Shown: piece by piece, positions 1-28,005 of the stretch
How the letters are laid out: each line of letters opens with the position of its first letter
How positions within the stretch are numbered: position 1 is the stretch's first letter
Assembly: GCA_964016885.1 (NCBI GenBank)
Contig: OZ024759.1
Span: 12,152,001 to 12,216,000, forward strand
Direction of reading: 5' to 3'
DNA from: Eledone cirrhosa
Taxonomy: Eukaryota
Length of the DNA: 64,000 nt
Notes under the pieces: model-generated
What the model was told of the DNA's origin: nothing
What the model saw: only the letters and a program-made list of their open reading frames with translations
Databases searched by the model: none
Program-made: the position numbers and the translations under genes

Positions 1-1140
1 GATTCCTGTATCCCTAGAGATAACGTCAGGGAATGACAGCTTCCTACTCCAGCAATGAAATCATATCTGCTCTCTTGCTCTGGAACCCTGACATATCCAT
101 ACTAACACAGTCTTCTCTCCTGCACACCATCACAGATTCACCTTAAGCACAGCTTCTCTCTCAGCTCATCCAAGCTCTTCCTTTCTCTTACATTTACATT
201 GCACAGACAACGAAATATGGTTGCTTCATTTCTTTCCAGCCTACACATGTCCTCTGCAGTCACAGCCCATGTTTCACTACCATGTAGCACCACATGTCCT
301 CTGCAGTCACAGCCCATGTTTCACTACCATGTAGCACCACATGTCCTCTGCAGTCACAGCCCATGTTTCACTACCATGTAGCATCACATATCCTCTGCAG
401 TAACATCCCATGTTTCACTACCATGTAGCACCACATGTCATCTGCAGTCACAGCCCATGTTTCACTACCATGTAGCACCACATGTCCTCTGCAGTAACAT
501 CCCATGTTTCACTACCATGTAGCCCCACTCGTCCTCTGCAGTCACAGCCCATGTTTCACTACCATGTAGCCCCACTCGTCCTCTACAGTAACATCCCATG
601 TTTCACTACCATGTAGCACCACATGTTTCCTGCAGTAACATCCCATGTTTCACTACCATGTAGCACCACATGTCCTCTGCAGTCACAGCCCATGTTTAAC
701 TACCATGCACCACACACAGGCGTCATAGAGCCTTCCTTTAGTACATAGAGAGAAACCTTTTGTTGTCAGTAGTGGGAAGAGTTCTCTAAACTTCTTCCCT
801 CCTATCCTTAGTCTAGCTATTATACTCTCAGAGCATTCTCCTCTGCTGCTAATTAGATCACCTCGATAGCAGTAGCTATCAACCACATGTGTGGATCCTT
901 CCAGTGACTGGGAAAGGTTTATAACATTGGCAATCTTCTTCTGTGCAGCTTCTACAAGCAAAGTTCTCCCTTCCTGTTAGTCTACTAGTTTTCCCACTAC
1001 ATATTTTGTGTACCCAAGATTTGTGTACATTGTATGGAGTTTATGTCTACTCCTTTTCTGCATATTGAACAGGGCCACTTCCCTGAGGGAATCTAGGTCC
1101 TGTCTTCTCTCCTACTCCCTAATACTTTAGTTCTGGCTAA
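1..1140 (-). mobile_element. Degenerate RTE-clade LINE 3' part
   Basis: ORF 683-961 (YRGDLISS, KFRELFPLLT, KGRLYDACV); homologous to 10710-12550. Confidence 0.85.
246..707. repeat. 47-bp minisatellite derived from RTE coding sequence
   Basis: Unit CATGTCCTCTGCAGTCACAGCCCATGTTTCACTACCATGTAGCACCA, about 10 copies. Confidence 0.9.
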
Positions 1141-1259
1141 GTTTATATATATATGTATATATATATATGTCCCACCCTTGCAAGCAGGGAAAAGCGGACG
1201 TAAGATGATGATGATGATGATGATATGACTACAACTGTTTCATTCGGGAGAAATCATCA

Positions 1260-1310
1260 GGCTTCCTGATGATTTCTCCAGAATGAAACAGTTCTAGTCC
1301 TGTAGAAGCC
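1260..1310 (+). ncRNA. Type I hammerhead ribozyme motif
   Basis: GGCTTC-CTGATGA-(weak stem II)-GAAA-CAG[ttctagtc]CTG-TA^-GAAGCC. Confidence 0.7.
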
Positions 1311-2351
1311 ATTTCTATATTAAATATTTATACTCAGCTTTGTATTGAGTACCTTACTTACTGTGGTTACCCCCGATTGAACCCGGGATAAACTCTACGA
1401 AGCAGAGTTTCCAAATTTCATTTGGAAACTCTGCTTCGTAGAATCGAGACATATTTGATGACCTTGCGATTTCAGAGTCAGGTTCGATCATCACATCGAT
1501 TGTGCCTCAAGCTAGTCGCCAGAGAAACGATTGTAATCATCATCATCATCATTTCATTTACGTCCGCTTTCTCCCTGCTTGCAAGGGTGGGACGGGAACT
1601 AATTCTGGCTTGATTTCTACAGCTGGATGCCCTTCCTAATACCAACCTCATTTACAGTGAGTGCTGGGTGCTTTTTTGCCGGGGCACCTCCACGACCACT
1701 TTGGAGTGGAATGATATGGACCCCAGTCCCTATCATCTCATTTCTACAGCTGAGTAATATGTCTAATAAATTGTAATATGTCTAATATATAGTGTCACGC
1801 AGTAATACAGAGTACCCGACCTCCTATGGGTACAAGCTGAAGCATATAGACAATATGCCCCCACCCCCTCCCACTGCAAAGTGGTCGTGGGGGTGCCACG
1901 GCAAAAAAGCACCCAGCACTCACTGTAAATGAGGTTAGTGTTAGGAAGGGCATCAAGCCAGAATCAGTTCCTGTATGAGCAAAGCATGGTCAGCTGACCA
2001 GACACTGCCCACAGCAGGACAACCCGTCTAACCCATGCTAGCATGGAAGAACGGGATTTCGATTGTTGTAATTGTTTGTTTTTATATTTTTTACACGACT
2101 GTATGTAAAATCCCCGGCATGTCTTTGTATTGTCCCCTTTTCTTGTGCGCCCTTATGGCTAATAAAGAAATATATCTATCTGTCTATACATAATATACAC
2201 ACACACAAACATATTTTAACACTCATAGTCCATATATTCATGTAACTTCAAACCATGACACTAATTGTCGCTGTATTTAATGTCCCTGTATTTCATACCA
2301 AACAAAAAAGATGGCGCTATTAATTTTTCTCTCTTTTCTCTTGTATTCCAG

Positions 2352-18301
<15,950 letters not shown>

Positions 18302-18330
18302 TATTCTTGGCTTTGTTAAGATTCCATATA

Positions 18331-18528
18331 CAAGGGTCAGTTGAAAAGTTCATAGACTGACCAAGATACTCTCATGGAATGACCAAATGAGGTTTATTTT
18401 TTAATATAGTCTCTGGAAAGAAACAATGCATTTATTAATAAGAAGAGTTGAAATTAATACGTGCAAGATTTCACAGCTCTAGCATCACTCCTCCATAGTC
18501 AGCCTATGAACTTTCCAACCTATCCTCG
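18331..18528. mobile_element. Tc1/mariner-type MITE in the CCDC166-like 3' UTR
   Basis: TA flanks; imperfect TIRs CAAGGGTCAGTTGAAAAGTTCATAGACTGAC / GTCAGCCTATGAACTTTCCAACCTATCCTCG. Confidence 0.7.
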
Positions 18529-18760
18529 TACAAAACTTACTTTTATTGCTTTTTATTAAACCCTTTTCTCACTATATTTTTAATTAAAGACACTGTCTAC
18601 GATTTTATAATAATTCTGAAAATAATCAAGAATTTAGAAGGATTTAGTAATATAACTAACTTTCTCATTATTAAGCTAGTATTTGGAACATAACTTGACA
18701 AAGGTTCTTACATAAAATTATGATGAATGGAAGATTTGTAGATAAATATGAACACTTTAA

Positions 18761-18956
18761 CCCTTTAGTATTTATATTTAGTATTATATTTTCATGGTAA
18801 AGGCTTTACCTCACATAATATCGAATCTATGAGATTGATATTATAAATTTTAAGAACAATACCTTAACATCACTATGGGTGGCCAGTTATAGCTGGTTTG
18901 AACAGAAAGAGGTGAGAGAATTCTGGCCGGATATGGAAGGTTTAAAGGCTAAAGGG
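18761..18956. mobile_element. Unexpanded 196-bp piggyBac-type MITE (monomeric form)
   Basis: TTAA|CCCTTTAG...CTAAAGGG|TTAA; related short copies near 3325-3600, 15545-15742, 26697-26880, 41160-41920 and 42030-42175. Confidence 0.8.
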
Positions 18957-20279
18957 TTAAACCTTTCGTTACCATATTTCTAATAAAAGAGACTTCCAGG
19001 AACACACCTTACGACCCACAAGGATATGGGGCATCTATTCTAAAAACTGGGTTCATTCGTGAAGTAAAAATAAACACAAACACAAAATAACGTTTTCCAT
19101 TTTAAAATTTTATTTAATTTTTATTACAATAAAATTTATCAATAATTTCAAAGCAAAAAAAATAAATTGTTCTCAAACAGTCATAAGGCCTCAAGGTTTT
19201 GGTGGGAGGCGTATGGTCAATTAAGATCCCCCGACCACCACCCAAGTTTCTGACTGGTACTTTATTATTTTAACCCCCCCATCACACACACACTCTATCC
19301 TGTAGGATGACAGGCAGGATTTGAACTTGGAACATTATAAGGTTCATTGAAATACAAGACACATAAAAAGTCGATGGAAGTCGATGGAAACCGCGGAGTG
19401 GGGAGACCCAAGATGACCTGGGATGAGGTGATAAAAGCCAAACTTACCCAATTACACCTCTCAAAGGCAATGACACACGACCGTGACCTCTGGCGTCACG
19501 CAGTAATACAGAGTACCCGACCTCCCATGGGTACAAGCTGAAGCATATAGACAATATGCCCCCCTCCCCCCCTCCCACCGCAAGGTGGTCGTGGAGGTGC
19601 CACGGCAAAAAAGCACCCAGCCCACACTGTAAAGTGGACGTGTAGGCGCCACGAAAAAGCACCCAGCACTCACTGTAAATGAGGTTGGTGTTAGGAAGGG
19701 CATCCAGCTGTAGAAATCAAGCCAAATCAGTTCCTATATGAGCAAGGCATGGTCAGCCGACCAGACACTGCCCACGACAGGACAACCCGTCTAACCCATG
19801 CTAGCATGGAAGAATGGACGTAAAACAGTGATGATGATGATGATGATGATGATTGTTTGACAGTCTACCATATATATATATATATATAGGAAAATGTTTA
19901 ACCCCGACGGCAGAGCTCAAGCTGTTTCGACTGCTATTTCTGGACTAGTCCAGAAATAGCTGTCGAAATATACAAATATATTACACAAATAGAAGTGTGT
20001 TACACAGTGAAATGTGTGTAAAGGATTATTATAAGTAGTCAGCATATGTAGACAATTACTTGTAATAATCCTTTACACACATTTCATTGTGTAACACACT
20101 TCTATTCGTGTAATATATTTGTATCCAAGCTCAGAAGAAAATTCTCTATTCTTCTTTGAGCTAATATTATTATTATTATTATTATTATTATTACTGTGAA
20201 CTGCGGAATACTCTTAATTCCGATCCTTGTACTTATATATATATATATATATACGTATGGAAAAATGGACATTAAACAG

Positions 20280-20310
<31 letters not shown>

Positions 20311-20779
20311 ATATATATATTTATATAACAGTCTTGTAGTTTGCGTGAAGCATTGTTGAATAGGAAACACAAATTTAAATAATTTTGAAAACCATCCAAT
20401 GCACTATATATATATAACCAAACAAAGAAGATATATGTATATACAGGGAGACAAAGAGCCATTAGTTTGAATAGAAAGAGGTGACAGAATTTTGGTCAGA
20501 TGCGGCTGGTTTAAATGCTAAAGGGTTAAAGCTCAATTGTGGTTTATTTTATATCCAGAAAACAAGAAACATTTCAGAGATAGATTTCAGTTGGTATACT
20601 TCCGGTCATCTTAGATTTAAATCACAAGCATATATTAACAAAGAAATAGCTGTTGAATTTGGTGACTTATTTCTTTGTTATATATATATATATATATATA
20701 TAGAAGTGGTTACACAACAGTTAGTTCACCATACCGAGAACAATTGTTTCACCTTAGCGGATCTTCAGCTCGGGATGTG

Positions 20780-20831
<52 letters not shown>

Positions 20832-21127
20832 GAACGAGTAAGACCCCGACGGCTAATTCTGGACTAATTTTGAAAACCATACAATGCACTATATATATAT
20901 AACCAAACGAAGAAGATATATGTATATACAGAGAGACAAAGTGCCATTAGTTTCAATAGAAAGAGGTGACAGAATTTTGGTAAGATTTTAGTCCAGAATT
21001 AGCCGTCGAAACGGCTTAAGCTCAGCCGTCGGGGTCCTACTCGTTCCTATTACCCACTCTACTACCCTAAGTATTGAGTACTTTGGTGCGTTATGGTCCA
21101 TCTGGTTCCTTACCACATTTCCTTCGT

Positions 21128-21161
<34 letters not shown>

Positions 21162-21629
21162 TAAGCAAGTATTGCACCAAGAACAACAAAATGTCGGTAT
21201 GAAGGAGATTAGGAATCTATTTGCTATAACATATGTTTCTTTGTCCATTTTAATTGTCTACATATGCTGACTACAATATATATTGTTCAATCATATGCAA
21301 TACTTAATTATTTATTATACTTCATCAGAAAGCCTATAATAGTGGAAGTCAACTATTCACTACGCAGTAGAATTCAGCAATATATATTAGTGTGAAAAAA
21401 TGGACGTTAAACAATGATGATATATGTATATATATATATATATGCTGGTGGATCGGTAAAATGTACCCAGCATACTCTGTAAAGTGGTTGGCATTTGAAA
21501 ATGGCATCCAACTGTAGAAAACATACCAAAAATAGAATATATAAACCAAACAAAAACACATCGGACTGATTGTAGATGTTAAAGATATATCATCCTTACA
21601 TGGGTACAAGTCAAAGCTGAAGCATATTG

Positions 21630-21935
21630 CCCCCACTGTAAAGTGGTCGTGTAGGTGTCATGACAAAAAAGCACCCAGCCCACACTGTAAAGTGGTCGTG
21701 TAAGTGTCACAACATAAATCACACAGCCCACACTATAAAGTGGTCGTGTAGGTGTCACAACATAAATCACACAGCCCACACTATAAAGTGGTCGTGTAGG
21801 TGTCACAACATAAATCACACAGCCCACACTATAAAGTGGTCGTGTAGGTGTCACAACATAAATCACACAGCCCACACTATAAAGTGGTCGTGTAGGCGCC
21901 ACTGTAAGAAGGCACCCAGTACTCACTGTAAATGA
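21630..21935. repeat. 48-bp SINE-derived minisatellite
   Basis: CCCACACTATAAAGTGGTCGTGTAGG units. Confidence 0.85.
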
Positions 21936-22303
21936 GGTTGGTATTAGGAAGGGCATCCAGCTGTAGAAACCAAGCCAAAATCAGTTCTGTATGAGCAAGA
22001 CATGGTTACCTGACCTGACATTACCCACACCAGGACAACCCATCTAACCCATGCTGGTGTAGAAGAATGGACGTAAAATGGTGATGATGATGAGGGTTGA
22101 TAAAATAAAGTACCAGTTACGCACTAGGGTCAATCTAATCGACTTTCCCCACTTTCCTTCAAATTGTTGCCCTTGTTCCAAAAGTAAAAACAATTATTCC
22201 TTGCAAGCAGGGAAAAGCGGACGTAAAATGATGATGATGATGATGATGATGATGATAAATATTTAGATAAGTCAATATTATTAAATTATAGCTCAAGTCA
22301 CTT

Positions 22304-22340
22304 TCATCTTTGTACCATGGTTTCCTTCATGAAATTTTCT
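22304..22340 (-). CDS. IQCE: IQCE probable terminal exon ([11 protein letters not shown])
   Basis: T-rich tract + tacag acceptor, phase 2, TGA. Confidence 0.65.
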
Positions 22341-25300
22341 CTGTAAAAAAAAAAAAAAGAGTAATTTAATCTATATTTATAAAAATGAAAATGTCTGTCT
22401 GTGTGTCTGCTCCGCAACAACTTATGATCCGCAAGGCCGATTTTCAAAATATTTTTTGTAATCAACCACAAATTTATCAGGGCAGGTTGGCACGACATTG
22501 CGAATGATTGACTCCCCCTTTGTCCAGGTAAAAAATCGATAAAACTGACTATAGGTACGACTTTACACAGAAAAAATCTCTATATCTATAAAATGAAAAA
22601 GAAAGAGTGAGAGTGAAAGAAACAGACAGACTAAAAGAGGGGCATAGCGGGAGAGAGAGAGCGCGACAGACGCTGTGTTTCATACATGACAGTGGAAGAG
22701 GGGAAGGAAAGCTATAACTAATTAACATGTGTGTTATGAATTGTTGGAAAAGAGTTCATAACTTTGAAGTTATGAATTGTTGGAAAAGAATTCATAACTT
22801 TGAAGTTATGAATTGTTGGAAAAGAGTTCATAACTTTGAAGTTATGAATTGTTGGAAAAGAATTCATAACTTTGAAGTTATGAATTGTTGGAAAAGAGTT
22901 CATAACTTTGAAGTTATGAACTGTTGGAAAAGAATTCATAACTTTGAAGTTATGAATTGTTGGAAAAGAATTCATAACTTTGAAGTTATGAATTGTTGGA
23001 AAAGAATTCATAACTTTGAAGTTATGAATTGTTGGAAAAGAGTTCATAACTTTGAAGTTATGAATTGTTGGAAAAGAGTTCATAACTTTGAAGTTATGAA
23101 CTGTTGGAAAAGAATTCATAACTTTGAAGTTATGAATTGTTGGAAAAGAATTCATAACTTTGAAGTTATGAATTGTTGGAAAAGAGTTCATAACTTTGAA
23201 GTTATGAATTGTTGGAAAAAAGTTCATAACTTTGAAGTTATGAATTGTTGGAAAAGAATTCATAACTTTGAAGTTATGAATTGTTGGAAAAGAGTTCATA
23301 ACTTTGAAGTTATGAATTGTTGGAAAAGAGTTCATAACTTTGAAGTTATGAATTGTTGGAAAAGAGTTCATAACTTTGAAGTTATGAATTGTTGGAAAAG
23401 AGTTCATAACTTTGAAGTTATGAATTGTTGGAAAAGAGTTCATAACTTTGAAGTTATGAATTGTTGGAAAAGAGTTCATAACTTTGAAGTTATGAATTGT
23501 TGGAAAAGAGTTCATAACTTTGAAGTTATGAATTGTTGGAAAAGAATTCATAACTTTGAAGTTATGAATTGTTGGAAAAGAGTTCATAACTTTGAAGTTA
23601 TGAATTGTTGGAAAAGAGTTCATAACTTTGAAGTTATGAATTGTTGGAAAAGAATTCATAACTTTGAAGTTATGAATTGTTGGAAAAGAGTTCATAACTT
23701 TGAAGTTATGAATTGTTGGAAAAGAGTTCATAACTTTGAAGTTATGAATTGTTGGAAAAGAGTTCATAACTTTGAAGTTATGAATTGTTGGAAAAGAATT
23801 CATAACTTTGAAGTTATGAATTGTTGGAAAAGAGTTCATAACTTTGAAGTTATGAATTGTTGGAAAAGAGTTCATAACTTTGAAGTTATGAACTGTTGGA
23901 AACGAGTTCATAACTTTGAAGTTATGAACTTGGAAAAGAGTTCAAACATGTTAGATGAGTTATCTCGTCTATGTAACCGAAGGGGTTAAATATTTACTCC
24001 ACTTTAATATTTAATATTGCATCTTTAGGCATTGAATACACTTCACTTTATTTAGGGCATCTAACATAATATATCATATCTTCTCCTCTGAATTTATGAT
24101 ACATTACTTCTATTTTTGATATATATATATATAATGGTGTGTGTGTGTGTCTGTGTATATCATAGCTCATACACTGTTCACTTTCCTGACATTATTCTAT
24201 GTACTATACATACACCTTTGATGAGTTGTAGTGCACCTCAGCACAGTACACAATAATTTCCATTATATAAATGGTGTGAGTGTATAATAGTGTTTATAGA
24301 ATGGTGTGTGTCTGTGTATATATCATGACTCATACACTGTTCACTTTCCTGACATTTGTACATTATTCTATGTACTATACATACACCTGTGATGAATTGT
24401 AGTGCACCTGAGCACTGTACACAATAATTTCCATTATTATTATAAAATAGGGCGGTGGATTGGCAGTATCGGTAGAGGGTCGGACGCCATGCTTTCCAGC
24501 ATAGTTACGTCGCTTTGTGGTCTGAGTTCAAATCCCGCCGAGGTTAACTTTGCCTTTCATCCTTACGGGGTCGATAAAATAAAGTACCAGTAATGTACTG
24601 GGTAATTGCTGGCCTTGTGTCAAAAGTAGAAACAATTATTATAAAATATGTATATATCGTATCACCAACATCACACCATACTGTATTCTATGGTATCTCA
24701 CATATGATATCATTTAGTTACATACCTAAAGACCTGTTGTTGTTTCTTCCGACTATGGTGAGCCGTCAATATGGATTGTATCAACTCCACAGCTTTATCT
24801 AAGTTCTCCTCTTCAGACTGACGGAACGACTCAATGTCCTTCTTGCTGTGTTTGAGGAACTTCTTACGAGCAGTGTGGCCCAACAGGGTGGCCTGGAGTG
24901 TTTCTATGGCCTGGAGGATGGACACAATAGGGATATTATTGGAAGGAGGAGAAGAAGAAGAAGGGTGGTGATGATGGTAGAGGAAGTGGTAGTGATGGTG
25001 GTGGTGGTGGTAGTGATGGTGGTGGTGGTGGTAGTGATGGTGGTGGTGGTGGTGATAAGGCAGCCCACAATAACCACCAACAACCACCATGTTTAACCCT
25101 TTAGTATTTAAACCAGCGATATCCGTCCAGAATTCTCTCACCTGTTTCTGTTCAAACCGGCCATAACCGGCCACTCATACTGATGTCAAAATATTGTTCT
25201 CAAAATAAATACTTTCAAAATCTCATAGATTCAATATTATGTGAGATAATTATGTGAGGTAAAACCTTTACTGTGAAAATACAATAGTATATATAGAGTA

Positions 25301-27371
25301 ATGTAAATGTTATGTGAGATATTATGTGAGGTAAAGCCTTTACTGTGACAATACAATAGTATATATAGAGTAATGTAAATGTTATGTGAGATATTATGTG
25401 AGGTAAAGCCTTTACTGTGACAATACAATAGTATATATAGAGTAATGTAAATGGTATGTGAGATATTATGTGAGGTAAAGCCTTTACTGTGACAATACAA
25501 TAGTATATATAGAGTAATGTAAATGTTATGTGAGATATTATGTGAGGTAAAGCCTTTACTGTGACAATAGAATAGTATATATAGAGTAATGTAAATGTTA
25601 TGCGAGATATTATGTGAGGTAAAGCCTTTACTGTGACAATACAATAGTATATATAGAGTAATGTAAATGTTATGTGAGATATTATGTAAGGTAAAGCCTT
25701 TACTGTGAAAATACAATAGTATATATAGAGTAATGTAAATGTTATGTGAGATATTATGTGAGGTAAAGCCTTTACTGTGACAATACAATAGTATATATAG
25801 AGTAATGTAAATGTTATGTGAGATATTATGTAAGGTAAAGCCTTTACTGTGAAAATAAAATAGTATATATAGAGTAATGTAAATGTTATGTGAGGTATTA
25901 TGTGAGGTAAAGCCTTTACTGTGACAATACAATAGTATATATAGAGTAATGTAAATGTTATGTGAGATATTATGTGAGGTAAAGCCTTTACTGTGACAAT
26001 ACAATAGTATATATAGAGTAATGTAAATGTTATGTGAGATATTATGTAAGGTAAAGCCTTTACTGTGACAATACAATAGTATATATAGAGTAATGTAAAT
26101 GTTATGTGAGATATTATGTGAGGTAAAGCCTTTACTGTGACAATACAATAGTATATATAGAGTAATGTAAATGTTATGTGAGATATTATGTGAGGTAAAG
26201 CCTTTACTGTGACAATACAATAGTATATATAGAGTAATGTAGATGCTAAAGGGTTAATCCTACCTGTTTATCGCTGTCATGTTGGCGCCACGCTTTCTGA
26301 ATACGTTTTGCAGCATATTTTTCTCTCAATTTGAGCATATCTTCATTGGTTGTCACTCGCTGTTGTGAAGAAAACATTTTAACCCTTTACTGATTGTTTA
26401 CTGTTTCTAATAATATGCACCCTATTTCAATTAATTAATTGTTTCTACTTTTGGCACAAGGCCAGCAATTACCCAGTACATTACTGGTACTTTATTTTAT
26501 CGAACCCGTAAGGATGAAAGGCAAAGTCAACCTCGGCAGGATTTGAACTCAGAATGGCAAACACCGTAACTCTATGCGTCAAAGCATGGCGTCCGACCCT
26601 CTACCGATACTGCCAATCCACCTCAATTAATTAATGAAGAATTTTAAGGGATTTACTAAAGTTATTGATTATTTCATTACTAAGATAATAACTTAACCAT
26701 TTAAACCAGTCGTATCCGGCCAGAATTCTCTCACCTCTTTCTGTTCAAACCAGCTGTAATCTGCCAGTCATACTGATGTTAAGGTATTGTTCTCAAAATA
26801 ACATCAAAATCTCATAGATTCAATACTATGTGAGATAATTATGTCAGGTAAAGCCTTTACCACAACAATACAATAATACTAGACCACCTGTGACCTTTGG
26901 GTCACATTCACTTCAAAATACTTTTTAAAAATCATGTTCAGTTAAAAATAATTTTAAAATAATTAAAATATACACAGACATGTATATAATGTGAAATGAA
27001 AGTGGAAGGCCCCATATATACACATGTGTGTATGTATATATATATATATATAAATGTGTGTGTGAATATACATATATATGATGTGTGTGTGTGATCTATA
27101 TACACTGGTCATAGACACACATATTCTTACAGGTGTTTGGGGGTGGGTTTCTTCTTCTTGGTTTAATTTTTTTGTGTTTTCAACAGACATCAGTCTGGTC
27201 TTGCTGTTTCTTCTAGGGGTACGCACATCTGGACTGGGTGAAGCTCTGAAAAACAAATTAATCATTAGATAGCTTTAGGTATCACTAAGATATGTTGAGT
27301 TGTTGGAGAAGGCAACTCATGGTATTGTAAGATGATGATGATGATGATATATATATCTGCCACTGTCTCTT

Positions 27372-27441
<70 letters not shown>

Positions 27442-27483
27442 CGTACGTGTATAAATATATATATATATTTATATACGTACGTG

Positions 27484-27524
<41 letters not shown>

Positions 27525-27955
27525 GTACGTGTATAAATATATATATATATATATTTATAAATATATATATCATCATCATCATCATTTTACATCCACTTTT
27601 CCCTGCTTGCAAGGGTGGGATGGGAACTGATTCTGGCTTGATTTCTACAGCTGGATGCCCTTCCTAACACCAACCTCATTTACAGTGAGTGCTGGGTGCT
27701 TTTTTGTCGTGGCACCTCCACGACCACTTTGCAGTGGAATGATAGGGACTCCAGTCCCTATCATTCCACTGCAAAGTGGTCTACAGCTGAGCAAACTGGA
27801 GCAATGTGAAATAAAGTGTCTTGCTCAAGGACACAACACATCACCCGGTCTGAGAATTGAACTCACAACCTTTCGATTGCAAGGCCAATGCTCTAACCAC
27901 TAAGCCATGTGCCTCCACATACATACATACATACATACATACATACATACATACA

Positions 27956-28005
<50 letters not shown>

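Noticed and set aside
22733-23945. CRISPR array (36-bp palindromic repeat starting GTT)
   Set aside because: Units are contiguous with no spacers; no cas genes; eukaryotic intron
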